NCBI GenBank assembly: GCA_965112735.1
Contig: OZ218954.1
Coordinates: forward strand, 3,038,001 to 3,102,000
DNA length: 64,000 nt
Reading direction: 5' to 3'
From: Phaeosaccion multiseriatum
Lineage: Eukaryota > Protista > Ochrophyta, other classes
The first letter of the stretch is position 1, and each line of letters opens with the position of its first letter. Under the pieces are notes generated by a model. The model saw only the letters and a program-made list of their open reading frames with translations. It did not search any database and was not told where the DNA came from. Positions 62,078 through 64,000 of the stretch are shown here, piece by piece. A program made the translations under genes and the position numbers.

Positions 62078-63967
62078 TCAATGAAACTTCTTGCCACTCT
62101 TGGCCATGTCGACAATCATCTGACACGGCTGAAACTGTTGCCCATACTTCTCCGCGAAGCCCTGCATCATGTCGCAGTACTTGTCCATGCCAATCACATC
62201 CAACATCCGGAAGGGTCCTCCATAAAAGGGTGGGAAGCCTGTCGCAAACACGGCTCCAATGTCTCCATCGGTAGGCGACTCAATAATGCCTTCTTGCAGG
62301 CAAAGCACAGCTTCGTTGACCCATCGACACATGAGACGGTTTTGCACGTCCTCGTCGGACAGTTTCAGGTCCTCTCCCTTGTAACTGTCAATGATGGCCA
62401 AGGCCTCGGGATTGATGGCCTGTAACGGGAGGGAGGAAGAGAAGCCAATCTGAGTGAGTATGCAGACGCGTGTGAGAGGGAAGACATACGGGTTCTCTGC
62501 GAGGGAGAAGGAAGAAGGCAACCACAACACCATCGTAGCCCGCTCTTCCTCCCTCCCTCCCTCCCCCTCCCCCCCCCCCACCTACCTTCTTGCCCTTGCC
62601 CTTGGCCGGATACGTGTAAAAGCCCTTGCCGGACTTGACTCCAAGCAACCCTTTGTCCACCATGCTGCTCATCACCTCAGTTGGGCCCCCCTCCATCCTG
62701 ATACCCATGTCCGCCCCCTTGAGGTAGAGCTGGACCTTGTTGGCCACGTCCATCCCGACAAAGTCTGCAAGGCTCATGGGGCCCATGGGGAGTCCGTAGG
62801 CCTTCATTAGCTTATCCAGCTGAGACGCAGGGAGAGAGGTAGGAGAGAAAGAGGAGAAAAAAGGGGAGAGAGGCAGATAGAGAGAGGGTGGAGAGAAAGT
62901 GGGAGAGAGATAAAGTGGAATAGAGAGAGATGGAGAGAAAGTGGGATAGAGAGAGAGGGAGGAAGAGAGACAAAGAGTGAGGGATAAGGATGGTGAGTGA
63001 GTGAGAAAGAGCAACGCACATACGCACTTCCACACAGATGCAGACACGCGCAAGAGCAGAGCACGGGCCCAAAAGAAATGCCTAGAGTGAGGTTAGAGGT
63101 TGGAAGGAGCGACGAAACAGTCCCCACTACCTTCCTTCCTTCCTGCCTCCCTCCCTCCCTCCCTCCCTCCCTCCCTCCCTCCCTCCCTCCCTCCCTCCTC
63201 TCTTACATGTCCCCACTTCCTCCCTCCCTCCCTCCCTCCCTCCTCTCTTACATGTCCCCACTTCCTCCCTCCCTCCCTCCTTCCCCTCCCTCCCTCCCTC
63301 CCTCCCTCCCTCCCTCCCTCCCTCCTCTCTTACATGTCCCCACTTCCTCCCTCCCTCCCTCCTTCCCCTCCCTCCATCCCTCCCTCCCTCCTCTCTTACC
63401 TTCTCGGGATTGACCCCATCCCTCACCAAAGCACATGCCTCCACAAGGAAAGGCCCCAGGCAGCGATTGACGTAGAAGCCGGGCACATCCTTCACAACAA
63501 TGACGACCTGAGAAGAGAGGAGGGGGAGAGAGGGAGGGGGGGAGGGAGAGCATGAGAGAGCAGAAATGTTTTGTTATCGACTTCAATTGGCGCAAAAACT
63601 GTAGAGCAGCAAGGAGAGGTGCGGCTCAATGCCGTTACAAACACAAGACCACTCCATCCCTCCATCCCTCCGCCCCCCCGCCCCCAACCCCTCCCCTCCA
63701 CTCCCCTCCACTCCCCTCCCATCCCCACCAACTTGCCTTCCCCTGACGGTTCCCCACATCCACCGCCTGCATGCACGCCTCCTTGGATGACCCCGCATGA
63801 GGAATCACCTCGAGCAGAGGCATCTTGGGTACAGGTGAAAAGTAGTGCATGCCCACCACATTCTCCGGCCGCTGAGCACCCTTGGCAATGTCGGCGATGG
63901 GGATGGCGCTGGTGTTGGTGGCAAACACGCAGTCTTGTCTCAGGAACGGCTCTGCCTGCTGGATCAC
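62078..63967 (-). CDS. HADHA: Mitochondrial trifunctional enzyme alpha subunit (3-hydroxyacyl-CoA dehydrogenase part), 5' end outside the window
   Basis: FATNTSAIPI, RPENVVGMHYFSPVPKMPLLEVI, VKDVPGFYVNRCL, GLLGVKSGKGFY, VNEAVLCLQEGII..PTDGDIGAVFATGFPPFYGGPFR, SGKKFH*. Confidence 0.93.
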
Positions 63968-64000
63968 CTGTGTTATTATTGATTGGGAGCGGCCAGCACA

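Overview
Intron-rich eukaryotic genomic DNA, probably from a photosynthetic stramenopile (ochrophyte): the GatC has a signal peptide plus an ASAF plastid-targeting motif. Introns are filled with simple repeats, so most long ORFs in the track are spurious. By splicing exons manually I support 14 protein-coding genes plus one pseudogene: a GST-N/thioredoxin-fold protein (partial), plastid GatC, a TlpA-like redoxin, an eEF3-type ABC-F protein with an N-terminal Ski3-like TPR module, a degenerate TatD-associated radical SAM homolog, an ankyrin pseudogene, ZupT, a CAMK-group kinase, a 17 kb CYFIP/SRA1 gene with a DPF/NPF-UBA-polyQ tail, a secreted Cys-rich repeat protein, an LRR protein, PET117, a methyl-end desaturase, dynein LC8 and the 3' part of HADHA. 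Non-coding features include a nest of non-autonomous TIR elements at 23.5-25.5 kb and a 590 bp foldback at 49.7-50.3 kb. The most unusual signal is an 11-mer, GTTGGTGATAC/GTATCACCAAC, with at least 16 exact copies in introns, exons and intergenic DNA on both strands; in several introns it forms the 3' splice site. Two unrelated genes also share a homologous intron 3' end, and many introns show 5'/3' complementary repeat polarity. Family assignments come from recalled motifs, not database searches, and exon boundaries are manual predictions.
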